Shown: positions 1-9,995, counted from the stretch's first letter. The stretch: 64,000 nt of DNA from an uncultured bacterium (GCA_963716205.1 OY970290.1:108906-172905); one strand, 5' to 3'. Numbers and translations: made by a program. The notes: generated by a model not told the origin, from the sequence alone.

Positions 1-2
1 CG

Positions 3-200
3 GTCAAAGTCGAGATACCGAAAGGATTGAAAGTGACTTCAGAAAAAGAAGTAATCGTCATAAGCGGAATAAACAGGGAATTGGTAAGCAGTTTCGCCGC
101 AAGCGTCCGGGCGATAAAAAAACCGGAACCCTATAAAGGCAAAGGTATCAGATTTGAGAAGGAAGTTGTCAGACGAAAGGAAGGAAAGAAAACCGCCTAA
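3..200 (+). CDS. rplF: 50S ribosomal protein L6, C-terminal part (gene begins upstream of the window)
   Basis: Frame-3 translation gives ...[65 protein letters not shown], a typical L6 C-terminus. It sits immediately before rplR, as in the spc operon. Confidence 0.8.
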   Translation, partial: VKVEIPKGLKVTSEKEVIVISGINRELVSSFAASVRAIKKPEPYKGKGIRFEKEVVRRKEGKKTA

Positions 201-226
201 TCCAAAGAGCACTCAAAAATAAAAAA

Positions 227-577
227 ATGAAAAGAGTCAATAATAAAATAACAAAAATCCAGACACGACACGCGCGCATCAGAGCAAAGATTTCCGGAAC
301 TCCCGAGATGCCGAGATTTTGCGTGTATAAATCAAACACATCGGTCTACGGACAGATTATTGATGACACCAAAGGCATGACGCTTGCCGCATATTCGGCG
401 GACAAAGCAAAAGGAAAAGGCTTGGTGGAAAAATCAAAAAATGCTGGTATTGAAATCGCCAAGCTTGCGATCGCAAAAGGAATTAAAAAAGTCGTTTTTG
501 ACCGCGGCGGATTTATTTACACCGGCAAGATCAAGTCCTTTGCCGATGGCGCAAGAGAAGGCGGACTTATATTTTAA
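227..577 (+). CDS. rplR: 50S ribosomal protein L18
   Basis: 116-aa ORF ending ...FDRGGFIYTGKIKSFADGAREGGLIF (L18 family). Its position between L6 and S5 matches the spc operon. Confidence 0.85.
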   Translation: MKRVNNKITKIQTRHARIRAKISGTPEMPRFCVYKSNTSVYGQIIDDTKGMTLAAYSADKAKGKGLVEKSKNAGIEIAKLAIAKGIKKVVFDRGGFIYTGKIKSFADGAREGGLIF

Positions 578-585
578 TAAAAATT

Positions 586-1281
586 ATGGATACCACAGAA
601 GTAAAAACAAATACTAAAGCTTCGATTGCACCGATTCAAACAGGTGCTGCTGAACCCGCAAAAAATACCGTTGCCGATACTAGAAAACCTTTTGCAAGAA
701 AGGGATTGGAAGGCGATAGGGTTAAAAATTATCGAAGAAACTCCGGACCGAGAGTGGAGCGCGTGAAGCCGGAATTCGATCAGAAAATTCTCAATATCAG
801 AAGAGTCACCCGAGTGACCAAAGGCGGAAAGCGGATGAACTTCAGTATTTGCATGGTTGTCGGAAACAGAAAGGGATCCGTCGGTGTCGGCACGGGCAAA
901 GCCAATGACACATCGGCTGCCATCGATAAGGCATATCGAAACGCCAAGAAAAATGCGATCCAACTGAATCTGACAAAAACCATGTCTATTCCTCACGATG
1001 TTTCCGCGAAATATTCAAGCGGCAGAGTGATCATCATGCCGGCGCCGGGACGCGGAGTTTCCGCCGGAAGTGCCGTCAAAAATGTCATTGAGCTTGCCGG
1101 CATCAACGATGTCAGCGCAAAAATCATTTCTCCTTCAAAAAATAAATTGAATATTTCCCGCGCAGCCGTCCTCGCGCTTTCAGTTTTTGATAAAAGAAAA
1201 TTTGCCGGAGAACAAAAAGCAAAAGATGCCGAAATCAAAAAAGAGGGTGAAAATAAAAAAGAAGAGAAAGCTGAAAAATAA
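586..1281 (+). CDS. rpsE: 30S ribosomal protein S5 with a Lys/Glu-rich C-terminal extension
   Basis: Core motifs RVTRVTKGGKRMNFSICMVVGNRKGSVGVGTGKA and GRVIIMPAPGRGVSAG are S5 hallmarks. The C-terminal tail (KKEGENKKEEKAEK) is lineage-specific. Confidence 0.85.
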   Translation: MDTTEVKTNTKASIAPIQTGAAEPAKNTVADTRKPFARKGLEGDRVKNYRRNSGPRVERVKPEFDQKILNIRRVTRVTKGGKRMNFSICMVVGNRKGSVGVGTGKANDTSAAIDKAYRNAKKNAIQLNLTKTMSIPHDVSAKYSSGRVIIMPAPGRGVSAGSAVKNVIELAGINDVSAKIISPSKNKLNISRAAVLALSVFDKRKFAGEQKAKDAEIKKEGENKKEEKAEK

Positions 1282-1285
1282 ATTT

Positions 1286-1726
1286 ATGAAAATACACGAA
1301 CTCAAAAGAAAAACAAAGAACAAGAAATTTCCGCTCATCGGTCGCGGAGGAAAAAGAGGCAAAACATCCGGTCGCGGAGGAAAAGGGCAGACTGCCCGCG
1401 CGGGACACAAAGCGCGACCGGAGATGCGCGATACGATCAAAAGAATGCCAAAGCTTCGCGGTCACGGCAAAAACAGCAATCTTTCATATCAGAAAAAGCC
1501 GTTCGTCGTCAATGTCGGCGATCTTGAAAAAATTTTTGCAACTGGTGCAAAAATCACGCCGCAAACGCTTGTCAAAAAGAACGTGGTAAAAATGGAAGCG
1601 GGAAAAAATCCCGTCATTAAAATCCTTGCACTCGGTGACATTACAAAGAAATTCATCGTTGAACAATGTGCTGTTTCAGTAGAAGCAAAAGCAAAAATAG
1701 AGAAAGCTGGAGGTTCTGTAAAATAA
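1286..1726 (+). CDS. rplO: 50S ribosomal protein L15
   Basis: The track ORF starts at 1187 and overlaps rpsE. The ATG at 1286 gives MKIHELKRKTKNKKFPLIGRGGKRGKTSGRGGKGQTARAGHK..., a typical L15 N-terminus. It follows rpsE after 4 nt, with no L30 gene between them. Confidence 0.8.
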   Translation: MKIHELKRKTKNKKFPLIGRGGKRGKTSGRGGKGQTARAGHKARPEMRDTIKRMPKLRGHGKNSNLSYQKKPFVVNVGDLEKIFATGAKITPQTLVKKNVVKMEAGKNPVIKILALGDITKKFIVEQCAVSVEAKAKIEKAGGSVK

Positions 1727-1736
1727 TTTCATTTAT

Positions 1737-3008
1737 ATGAATTTTTGGAGCAAAACGAAATTAATTTGGGAAGACAAAGGTCTGAGGAACAGATTGCTTT
1801 TCCTTGCATTTGCTCTTGTCATCTCGCGATTGCTCGCGACGATTCCGATTCCGGGAATCGATGCGGCGAAGCTCAATGAATTCTTTTCCGGAAGCGAATT
1901 TTTCAGCTTCTTGAATATTTTTTCCGGCGGCGGTATGTCTCGGCTTTCCATCGTCATGCTCGGTGTCAGCCCTTATATTACTGCATCGGTCGCGATGCAG
2001 CTTTTGACGATGATTTCTGGAAAATTAAAATCAATGTATCAGGAAGAAGGCGAAGCAGGCAGAAGCAAATTCAACCAGATTTCGAGAGTTATCACGGTGC
2101 CGATTGCCTTGATCCAGGCATTCGGATTTTTGGCTTTGCTCGCGAGTTCTGGAATCATTTCCAATCTGACCCACACTCAGCTTATCGTCAATGTCATTGT
2201 CATTACCGCGGGCTCGATGCTTTTCATGTGGATCGGTGAATTAATGACGGAATTCGGCATCGGGAACGGTGTCTCACTTCTTATTTTTGCCGGAATTGTC
2301 GCTACTTTGCCGAATACCATCACCCAATTGAGTTTGATTTTTAATGTGTCGCAGATACCGATGTATATTTTGTTCGCGGCATTTTCACTTCTCGTCATTT
2401 ACGGCGTCGTATATATTTCGGAAGCTGAAAGACCGGTGCCGGTCACTTATGCGAAAACAATCCGCGGCTCAAAAGTTTCTGGAGGAATTTCCACCTATCT
2501 TCCGCTGCGGGTCAATCAGGCCGGAGTCATGCCCATTATTTTCGGCATGTCCATACTTCTTTTTCCGCAGATGATATTCAAATACGTGGCGCAGCTTGTG
2601 ACGAATCCGACGATAAAATCAGTTTCCTCCACGCTCAATAATTGGATTTCCAATCCATGGATTTATGCGGCGCTGTATTTTGTTCTCGTTTTTCTTTTCA
2701 CGTATTTTTACACTGCGGTCACTTTTGATCCGGATCAAATATCCAAAAATCTCCAGCAATCTGGAGCGTTCGTTCCGGGAGTCAGGCCGGGGGAAGCAAC
2801 ATCAGAATATTTGGGTAAAGTCCTGACACGAATCACTTTGCTTGGGGCAAGTTTTCTTGCAATTGTCGCGGTATTGCCGCTTGCCGTGAGATCAATCACC
2901 GGCATTACATCGCTTGCCGTCGGCGGCACAGCTCTTCTTATCGTTGTTTCAGTCGTCATTGATTTGATCAAGAAAATTGATGCGCAGATCACGATGCGGG
3001 AATATTAG
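1737..3008 (+). CDS. secY: preprotein translocase subunit SecY
   Basis: 423-aa polytopic membrane protein in the SecY family. It is at the canonical position after rplO. Confidence 0.9.
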   Translation: MNFWSKTKLIWEDKGLRNRLLFLAFALVISRLLATIPIPGIDAAKLNEFFSGSEFFSFLNIFSGGGMSRLSIVMLGVSPYITASVAMQLLTMISGKLKSMYQEEGEAGRSKFNQISRVITVPIALIQAFGFLALLASSGIISNLTHTQLIVNVIVITAGSMLFMWIGELMTEFGIGNGVSLLIFAGIVATLPNTITQLSLIFNVSQIPMYILFAAFSLLVIYGVVYISEAERPVPVTYAKTIRGSKVSGGISTYLPLRVNQAGVMPIIFGMSILLFPQMIFKYVAQLVTNPTIKSVSSTLNNWISNPWIYAALYFVLVFLFTYFYTAVTFDPDQISKNLQQSGAFVPGVRPGEATSEYLGKVLTRITLLGASFLAIVAVLPLAVRSITGITSLAVGGTALLIVVSVVIDLIKKIDAQITMREY

Positions 3009-3077
3009 AAAACACAAAAAGAGCACAAAATTTTGTGCTCTTTTTGTGTTTTAGGCGATTTTTGCTATACTCATTTT

Positions 3078-3707
3078 ATGATTACGATATTAAAAAAAGA
3101 AGATGCAATATATAAAAACATGCCGCCGATGGCATATGTTTTCATGGGAAGATCCGGCTCCGGCAAGGGCACGCAGGTCCAATTGCTCAAAGACGAATTT
3201 ACGAAAAAAAAAGTTAAATTTCTCCACATTGAAACCGGAGCACTTCTGCGCGAATATGCAAAAGGAGATTCGTATGTGCAGCGCATCGTCAGAAATTTGA
3301 TACAGTCGGGAGAGCTTGCGCCGGACCCAGTCATTATCGGATTGTGGATCAATTATATTGTCAGAAATTTTACCGGAAAAGAGCAGCTGATTTTTGACGG
3401 CGCACCGAGAAAACTCATCGAGGCAGTTTTTCTCGACAGCACGATGAGATTTTTAAACATACATAAATATCAGGTTCTCTATATCGATGTGTCCCGCGAA
3501 ACATGCATCAAACGCCTTACCTCGCGAAGCAGGAGCGATGATGTTGCAAGCGCGATAGAAAACCGCATGAATTGGTTTGACCGAGATGTTATGCCGGCTT
3601 TGGAATTTTTCAGAACCAACAAAGACTGCATTGTTACCGGCATCAATGGTGAACAGAAGCCCGAGGCGATTCATCAGGAAATCATGATAAAGATCCATCT
3701 GTTATAA
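3078..3707 (+). CDS. adk: adenylate kinase-like nucleoside monophosphate kinase
   Basis: P-loop GRSGSGKGTQ followed by an NMP-kinase-like fold, at the canonical position after secY. The track ORF starts at 3033. ATG 3078 lies about 8 nt after a TGcTATACT box, so the start is uncertain. Confidence 0.65.
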   Translation: MITILKKEDAIYKNMPPMAYVFMGRSGSGKGTQVQLLKDEFTKKKVKFLHIETGALLREYAKGDSYVQRIVRNLIQSGELAPDPVIIGLWINYIVRNFTGKEQLIFDGAPRKLIEAVFLDSTMRFLNIHKYQVLYIDVSRETCIKRLTSRSRSDDVASAIENRMNWFDRDVMPALEFFRTNKDCIVTGINGEQKPEAIHQEIMIKIHLL

Positions 3708-4478
3708 ATGGTTACTATAAAAACAAAAGAAGAAATAGCGATCTTACGCGAGGGAGGAAAGCGCCTGGCATTCATATTGGTTGAATTGAAAAATGCGGTG
3801 AAGCCGGGAGTTTCGACAAGTGATTTAAATTTGCTTGCGGATAAACTTGCAAAAGAAAAAGGAGACACGGCATCGCTTCTTGGCTATCGGCCGAAAGGCG
3901 CGAAGCGTCCGTATCCGGCATCCGTCTGCGTTTCTCTCAACGATGAAGTGGTGCATGGAATTCCGAATGAAAATCCGAAAATTCTCAAAGAGGGCGACAT
4001 TATTTCTTTTGACATGTGCCTGACCCATAAAGGGCTCATCACCGACTCTGCGATTACGGTGCCGGTCGGAAAAATTGATGCGTCCGCGAAAAAATTGATT
4101 GCCGTTACGGAAGAATCTTTATATGCCGGCATCAAATCAGCAAAAGGCGAGAAACATATCGGTGATATCGGTTTTGGTGTTGAGCGGGTGGCGAAAGCAA
4201 ATGGTTTCTCAATCGTTGAAGATCTCTGCGGCCACGGTGTCGGATACAAAGTCCACGAAGATCCGTATATTCCGAATTATGGCAGCAAAAGCAGCGGCGA
4301 AAAATTAAAACCGGGAATGGTTTTGGCAATAGAGCCAATGCTTACCGCGGGCGCAAAAAATGTCTATCTGGATAAAGACGGCTATACCTACAAAACCGTG
4401 GATGGATCGCTCAGTGCGCATTTCGAGCATACGATTGTCATTACGAATGGCGAGCCGGAAATTTTGACGAAACTGTAA
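3708..4478 (+). CDS. map: type I methionine aminopeptidase
   Basis: 256 aa with metal-binding motifs (FDMCLTHKG..D, CGHGVG, AIEPML, EHTIVIT). Canonical position after adk. Confidence 0.9.
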   Translation: MVTIKTKEEIAILREGGKRLAFILVELKNAVKPGVSTSDLNLLADKLAKEKGDTASLLGYRPKGAKRPYPASVCVSLNDEVVHGIPNENPKILKEGDIISFDMCLTHKGLITDSAITVPVGKIDASAKKLIAVTEESLYAGIKSAKGEKHIGDIGFGVERVAKANGFSIVEDLCGHGVGYKVHEDPYIPNYGSKSSGEKLKPGMVLAIEPMLTAGAKNVYLDKDGYTYKTVDGSLSAHFEHTIVITNGEPEILTKL

Positions 4479-4479
4479 A

Positions 4480-5502
4480 TCAATTATTGTTCGTATTTTC
4501 GTAATTATATACCAATGCGGAAATATCTTTAATGATACTCGCAAGGTCGGCTTCGCTTGCATCAGGATATCCTTTCGTCATAACACAGATAGTATAAGGA
4601 TTTTCGGCATAAACAATTCCGCAGTCGTGAAGTTCTGTTGCAGTGACTGCGCCTGTCGCATCAGTATCGACTCGTTCGCCGTATTTGTGGGATACAACAA
4701 TATTTGAAGGGATGCCGGCAACGAGAGCGCTGGTGAATGTCGTATGGCTCATGAGCGACAAAGCCTGTTCAGAATCGGCATCAGTCAAATAAGTCGTGTT
4801 ATATAAAATTCTCAAAAATGTTGAATAGTTTTTTGCGGAGATCGTAAAATCCGGTACCTCACTCGGCACCTCAATATTGAGATCATGATAAATATCATTG
4901 AGAATTGTTTGATTGGAATTATCCAAAAGCAAAGTTTCGGCACCGTTGTCGGAGTTCTCAATCATGTTGGTAATCAAATCTTTGACACCGTACGTTTTAC
5001 CTACAATCATGTTTGAAGGAAGATTAAAATCAATTGCATTTGCTTGATCCGCTATTGTTTTTGTATACACAAAATTTTGATTTAAGATTGACGGATCGAG
5101 CTGATCTTGGCGATAATAGGCAATCATAATGAGTACTTTCATCATGCTTCCCGGATGATATTGCGCATCTGCATTGACTCCTGCCCAGCTGTTTCCTGAA
5201 AGACTTGAAATATACACGGATATACTTTGCGCTTTTTGATTATCATATTCATTTTGCACGTAGCCGGTGATTTTCTGCTCAAGTATTTTATCTTCAAGAT
5301 AATATTTCGCATTGCCGAAATCGTAGCGGAGGAATGGAAAAACAAATTGATAGTCAAAATTATTTTCCCTGACGGGTTTGATGTTTTCAATCAGATTTTC
5401 TGTGTGCGCATTGTCACGGACAGCGCTTATCCAAAAACCTGCGCCAAAAGCAACGGCAAAAATGATAACGGATAATAATATGATATGCACTCGGCTTTTC
5501 AT
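4480..5502 (-). CDS. membrane-anchored class A beta-lactamase-like serine hydrolase (penicillin-binding fold)
   Basis: N-terminal transmembrane helix. Class A motifs are present: S-x-x-K (GSMMKV), SDN (ENSDNGAETLL) and a KTG-like HKYG. Convergent with map, and the stop codons abut at 4478/4480. Confidence 0.6.
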   Translation of the reverse strand: MKSRVHIILLSVIIFAVAFGAGFWISAVRDNAHTENLIENIKPVRENNFDYQFVFPFLRYDFGNAKYYLEDKILEQKITGYVQNEYDNQKAQSISVYISSLSGNSWAGVNADAQYHPGSMMKVLIMIAYYRQDQLDPSILNQNFVYTKTIADQANAIDFNLPSNMIVGKTYGVKDLITNMIENSDNGAETLLLDNSNQTILNDIYHDLNIEVPSEVPDFTISAKNYSTFLRILYNTTYLTDADSEQALSLMSHTTFTSALVAGIPSNIVVSHKYGERVDTDATGAVTATELHDCGIVYAENPYTICVMTKGYPDASEADLASIIKDISALVYNYENTNNN

Positions 5503-5544
5503 AGTGAATATTTTATCATAGCTGTGATATAATCAAACCACGGT

Positions 5545-8322
5545 ATGGCAGAGACTTTTATTCCCGAAAAATTGGAGCAAAAATTCAAAAACCCGCAGGA
5601 GGAGCTGGAATTTTTGCGCGCGCAGGTAATGCAACATGAAAAAGCGCTTGCAGAAAGAAATGAAACTCCGCTTCATGATGAAGTCATTCATCATGAGCTC
5701 GCTATTCATGCGGACAGGAAAAAAGACGATGTACTCGACAAGGATTATGTTCTGAAAAATCATGAAACGGAAGCGATTGTACTTGATTTGTCGCCGGAGG
5801 AGCATGATGCGAAAATTGCCGAACTTATTACGATTTTACAGGAGAAAGGCATTCTCAATACTCTTGCCGTCGTGGAAAAAATGAAAGATTCCCACGTGGA
5901 AGATGATTTTCAGCGATTTCTTGTCCAATACATCAAATCCGGTTTTTCTGTCGGAAAAAATGAAAAAGGTCCGGTCTGGCGCGCGCTTCACATGACCTTG
6001 TTTGAAGTTTCGCTTCCGGGAATTGCAAAAGACGACACGCAAAAAGGAAAGCATTTGAAGGAGCTTATTTCGAAAATGGAACAGTTTTATGCCGGCATGC
6101 TTTCCGTCGAATCAAATGATACCGACGGCGCGGGATATTTTTCGCTTGAGCTTGCGAGCGGAAATCATTCGAGCGAGATTATTTTTTATATCGCGGTGCC
6201 GGACGCAAAAAAATCGCTTTTTGAAAAACAGGCGCAGTCCATATTTCCCGATGTAAAAATCGTGGAGAAAAATGACGACTATAATATTTTCAATGAAGAA
6301 GGCGACTATGTCGGCTCGCAGGTGGAATTTCAGACGAATGATATTTTTCCGATAAAAACATACGGCGAATATGACTATGATCCGCTCAATGTTATTTTGA
6401 ACAGTTTTTCCAAAGTCGATAAAGACGGCGAGGGCGCTGCGATACAGATTATTGTTAAGCCAGCCAAATCGAAAACAATGAGTTTCTACAAGCGCGTGCT
6501 GAAAGAAATGGAAAAAGGTGACAAATTCAAAGATGCGCTCGAAAAAGCGGACTCATCGCTTTTCACGGTTTTGAAAGGAGTGGGAAAGGAACTCGTCAGT
6601 TCCGGTTCAAAAAAAGACGACAAAAAAACCGACAACACAGCTTCCAACCAAATGCCGATTGAACAAATCAAAAACAAAATCGCAAGCCCGCTTGTCAATA
6701 TCAATATCCGCATCATGGCGAGCGCGGTGACAAGGGAAGAAGCTGCAGCAATTCTTTCCGACATTGAATCTGCGTTCAATCAGTTTGAAAATACCAACGG
6801 CAACAAATTTATTTTTGATCGCATTGAAGGCAAAAATCTCCTGAACATGACACGCGATTTTTCATTTAGGATTTTCAGCGAAAAGAGCGCACTCTCGCTT
6901 AATCTCAAAGAATTGACCACTGTGATGCACTTGCCGGAAGTTGATTTTGCAAATACATCAGCGCTCAAACAATCCGTGGCAAATACCGCGCCGGCACCGC
7001 TTGATCTGCCGCAAAAAGGAATTCTGCTCGGAGTGAACAAATACCGCAACATCGAAACTCCAATTCATATAACTCCCGAAGATCGCTTGCGGCATTTCTA
7101 TATCATCGGTCAGACCGGCACCGGTAAGACGACGCTTTTGAAGACGATGATCCGCCAGGATATTTTAGCCGGTGAAGGCGTCTGCATGATCGATCCGCAC
7201 GGAAGCGATATCCAAGAAGTGCTTTCATTCATCCCGCCGGAGCGATATAAAGATGTGATTTATTTTGATCCGAGCTATACCGAGCGACCGATGGGACTCA
7301 ACATGCTCGAATATGACAGAAGATTTCCGGAACAAAAAACATTCGTGGTGAATGAAATGCTTTCCATTTTCAATAAATTATTCGATATGAAAACCGCCGG
7401 CGGTCCGATGTTCGAGCAGTATTTCCGAAATGCCGTCATGCTGGTAATCGAAGATCCGGAAACCGGTTCGACACTTCTTGATGTTTCCCGCGTGCTTTCT
7501 GACAAGGTGTATCGCGAATTGAAATTGTCCAAATGTAAAAATCCGATTGTCATTCAATTTTGGCGCGAGATTGCGGGCAAAGCCGGCGGGGAAGCGTCAC
7601 TTGCAAATATTGTGCCATATATCACGAGCAAGTTTGATGTTTTTCTTTCCAATGAAATCATGCGGCCGATTGTTTCCCAGGAAAAGTCCGCGTTTGATTT
7701 CCGCGATATCATGGACAATAAAAAAATTCTTCTCGTCAATTTGGCAAAAGGAAGGCTTGGCGATATCAATTCCAATCTCATCGGCCTTATTATTGTTGGC
7801 AAGATTTTGATGGCGGCGCTTTCACGCACGGATTCATTTGGAGAAAACTTTCCACCGTTTTATCTCTATATTGATGAATTCCAAAATGTCACAACGGATT
7901 CAATCTCGACGATCTTATCCGAAGCGAGAAAATATAAACTCGCCCTTACCGTGGCGCACCAGTTCATTGCTCAGCTGGATGAAAAGATAAAAAATTCCGT
8001 TTTCGGAAATGTCGGCTCGATGGCGGTGTTCCGTGTCAGCTCGGAGGATTCGGAATATTTGGTCAAACAATTCGCGCCGGTATTTACCGCAAATGATCTG
8101 ATGAATATCGATAATCACAATTCGTATGTGAAGCTTCTTGCAAACGGCAGGCCGGCAAAGCCATTCTCTATGGAGACCAATTTGCCTCCGCGCGGCAACA
8201 AACTGTTGCTTGAAAAAATAAAAGAAATTTCGTATCTTGCGTATGGCAGAGACAGGGCAGAAGTTGAGGAAGAAATATTGGCAAAATATAAAAAGCCGGA
8301 GCCGGCAATGCCGAAAATATAA
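5545..8322 (+). CDS. FtsK/HerA/TraD-superfamily P-loop ATPase with an unknown N-terminal domain of about 500 aa
   Basis: Walker A IIGQTGTGKTTLL followed by IDPHGS (HerA/TrwB-like), Walker B YLYIDEFQ, then ARKYKLALTVAHQF. Paralogous to the ORF at 46978..48750. A TATAAT box lies about 11 nt before the ATG. Confidence 0.6.
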   Translation: MAETFIPEKLEQKFKNPQEELEFLRAQVMQHEKALAERNETPLHDEVIHHELAIHADRKKDDVLDKDYVLKNHETEAIVLDLSPEEHDAKIAELITILQEKGILNTLAVVEKMKDSHVEDDFQRFLVQYIKSGFSVGKNEKGPVWRALHMTLFEVSLPGIAKDDTQKGKHLKELISKMEQFYAGMLSVESNDTDGAGYFSLELASGNHSSEIIFYIAVPDAKKSLFEKQAQSIFPDVKIVEKNDDYNIFNEEGDYVGSQVEFQTNDIFPIKTYGEYDYDPLNVILNSFSKVDKDGEGAAIQIIVKPAKSKTMSFYKRVLKEMEKGDKFKDALEKADSSLFTVLKGVGKELVSSGSKKDDKKTDNTASNQMPIEQIKNKIASPLVNINIRIMASAVTREEAAAILSDIESAFNQFENTNGNKFIFDRIEGKNLLNMTRDFSFRIFSEKSALSLNLKELTTVMHLPEVDFANTSALKQSVANTAPAPLDLPQKGILLGVNKYRNIETPIHITPEDRLRHFYIIGQTGTGKTTLLKTMIRQDILAGEGVCMIDPHGSDIQEVLSFIPPERYKDVIYFDPSYTERPMGLNMLEYDRRFPEQKTFVVNEMLSIFNKLFDMKTAGGPMFEQYFRNAVMLVIEDPETGSTLLDVSRVLSDKVYRELKLSKCKNPIVIQFWREIAGKAGGEASLANIVPYITSKFDVFLSNEIMRPIVSQEKSAFDFRDIMDNKKILLVNLAKGRLGDINSNLIGLIIVGKILMAALSRTDSFGENFPPFYLYIDEFQNVTTDSISTILSEARKYKLALTVAHQFIAQLDEKIKNSVFGNVGSMAVFRVSSEDSEYLVKQFAPVFTANDLMNIDNHNSYVKLLANGRPAKPFSMETNLPPRGNKLLLEKIKEISYLAYGRDRAEVEEEILAKYKKPEPAMPKI

Positions 8323-8343
8323 ATTATTAATTAAAAAATAAAA

Positions 8344-8916
8344 ATGAAAAACGAACGAACATTTGTGATGGTGAAGCCCGATGGAGTACAGAGATCTTTG
8401 ATAGGGGAGATTATTGGAAGATTTGAGAGGGTTGGATTAAAGCTGGTGGCGATGAAAATGATTTTGCCGAGCGCAGAGCTCGTAGAAAAGCATTACACAC
8501 TTGATCCCAATTGGTTCAAGACAAATGGAGAAAAGACGCTTGCCGGTTATATCAAAAAAGGAATCACTCCACCATCGCATGATCCGATTGTTCTCGCACA
8601 AGCAACATTAAGACGTCTTGCACTCTATATGTCGAGCGGTCCCGTGGTAGCTATGGTTTGGCAAGGGGCGCATGCTGTTGGTATTGTCAGAAAATTAATT
8701 GGAGGAACTGAACCTCTTACTTCAGACGTGGGAACAGTGCGAGGAGATTTTGTTTTGGATTCATACCAGCTTGCTGATACGGATGACCGAGCAGTGAGAA
8801 ACCTTGTTCATGCATCCGGCTCACCAAAAGAAGCAGAGGATGAAATCAATCTCTGGCTGACAAAAAAAGATCTGATTGACTATCGATTGGTCCAGGAAGC
8901 GATCTTGTACGAATAA
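8344..8916 (+). CDS. ndk: nucleoside diphosphate kinase
   Basis: FVMVKPDGVQRSLIGEIIGRFERVGLKLVAMK is the NDK N-terminal signature. An active-site His region (NLVHASGS) is present. Confidence 0.8.
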   Translation: MKNERTFVMVKPDGVQRSLIGEIIGRFERVGLKLVAMKMILPSAELVEKHYTLDPNWFKTNGEKTLAGYIKKGITPPSHDPIVLAQATLRRLALYMSSGPVVAMVWQGAHAVGIVRKLIGGTEPLTSDVGTVRGDFVLDSYQLADTDDRAVRNLVHASGSPKEAEDEINLWLTKKDLIDYRLVQEAILYE

Positions 8917-9006
8917 ACTTATCTATTTGCATTTTGAACAAAGCGGCTGTAATATTGAAACAGACGCTTTTTTCTTGAAAAATAAATAGAGAGAAGGAGA
9001 TTGAAA

Positions 9007-9759
9007 ATGAAACAGCCATACGTTGGCATCACCGGATTCCTGCTGTCTTCCGAAATTGAACTTATTATGAAACATTTTGAGACGATGTCCCGATCTGGTC
9101 GTTTGCTGATGGTTGGTGTTCTTGCAAGTTCACGAGATATGAAACATCGGCATCCGAATCGTTATCCGAACGAAGATTAAATTCCACTTATTTTTTCGAG
9201 ACATGATTTTCTTTTGAATCTGATTCATTACCATACAAACCAACCGGAAATTTTACTCGAAGAGCTTCGATGGATGACCGAAAAAGGAGATTCAAATCTT
9301 GATGGTTTTCAGTTGAATATGGCGTGGCCGAATCCGCGAGCCCTTGAGAAATACTGTCGTGCATATTCCGATATGCAGATTGTTTTGCAAATCGGTAATC
9401 ATGCTCTCGATATTGTTCATTATTCACCGGGCTTACTTGCTGAAAAGGTGAAAGAATACGATGGACTTATCGAGTATGTCCTTTTGGATGAAAGTGGCGG
9501 TCTCGGAAAACTTTTGGATGTGAAAAAAACAAGACGTTATCTTGATGCTCTTGCCGAAACGGGTATGGACATCGGTCTTGGCATCGCAGGCGGTCTTGGA
9601 CCATCAACACTTGATCATATCGACTTGCTTGCGAAAGATTTTCCGTCTCTTAGTATTGATGCCGAAGGTCGTCTGCGAGACCAGAATGATCATCTTGATC
9701 TGAATGTCACGCAAGAATATCTTCGCAAAGCTTTGGAGATTTTTTCCAACAAAGTTTAG
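9007..9759 (+). pseudogene. phosphoribosylanthranilate-isomerase-like (TrpF-family TIM barrel) gene interrupted by an in-frame TAA at 9178..9180
   Basis: A 57-codon ORF (9007..9180) is preceded by an AGGAG Shine-Dalgarno. The 181-aa ORF at 9214 (TTG start in the track) is in the same frame, separated by a single TAA. The joined product resembles TrpF: VGITGF, LMVGVLAS, YVLLDESGGLGKLLD, IGLGIAGGLGPSTL, LSIDAEGRLRD. Confidence 0.45.
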
Positions 9760-9886
9760 TCTCTTTAAAAAAGTTTTATAAACACTCTCGTTTTGGCGGG
9801 GGTGTTTTATTTTACGTTGCAAAATAAGGCTTAAATCAAAATCTGGTTCTTATACACAGGAAATCCCCAAAATCGCCATATTTTCC

Positions 9887-9914
9887 TTGACTTTATTTTC
9901 ATTTCCTATATACT
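9887..9914 (+). promoter_or_regulatory. sigma70-like promoter TTGACT-16-TATACT upstream of the 23S rRNA leader
   Basis: Near-consensus -35/-10 hexamers read directly from the sequence, located in the otherwise non-coding 23S leader. Confidence 0.5.
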
Positions 9915-9995
9915 CTTTGAACACAGAAATTATGTTTACAAAGAACCAATTTACTAAGCGGCTTCTATAGATGCATCTTTGATGTTGTCTCTACG

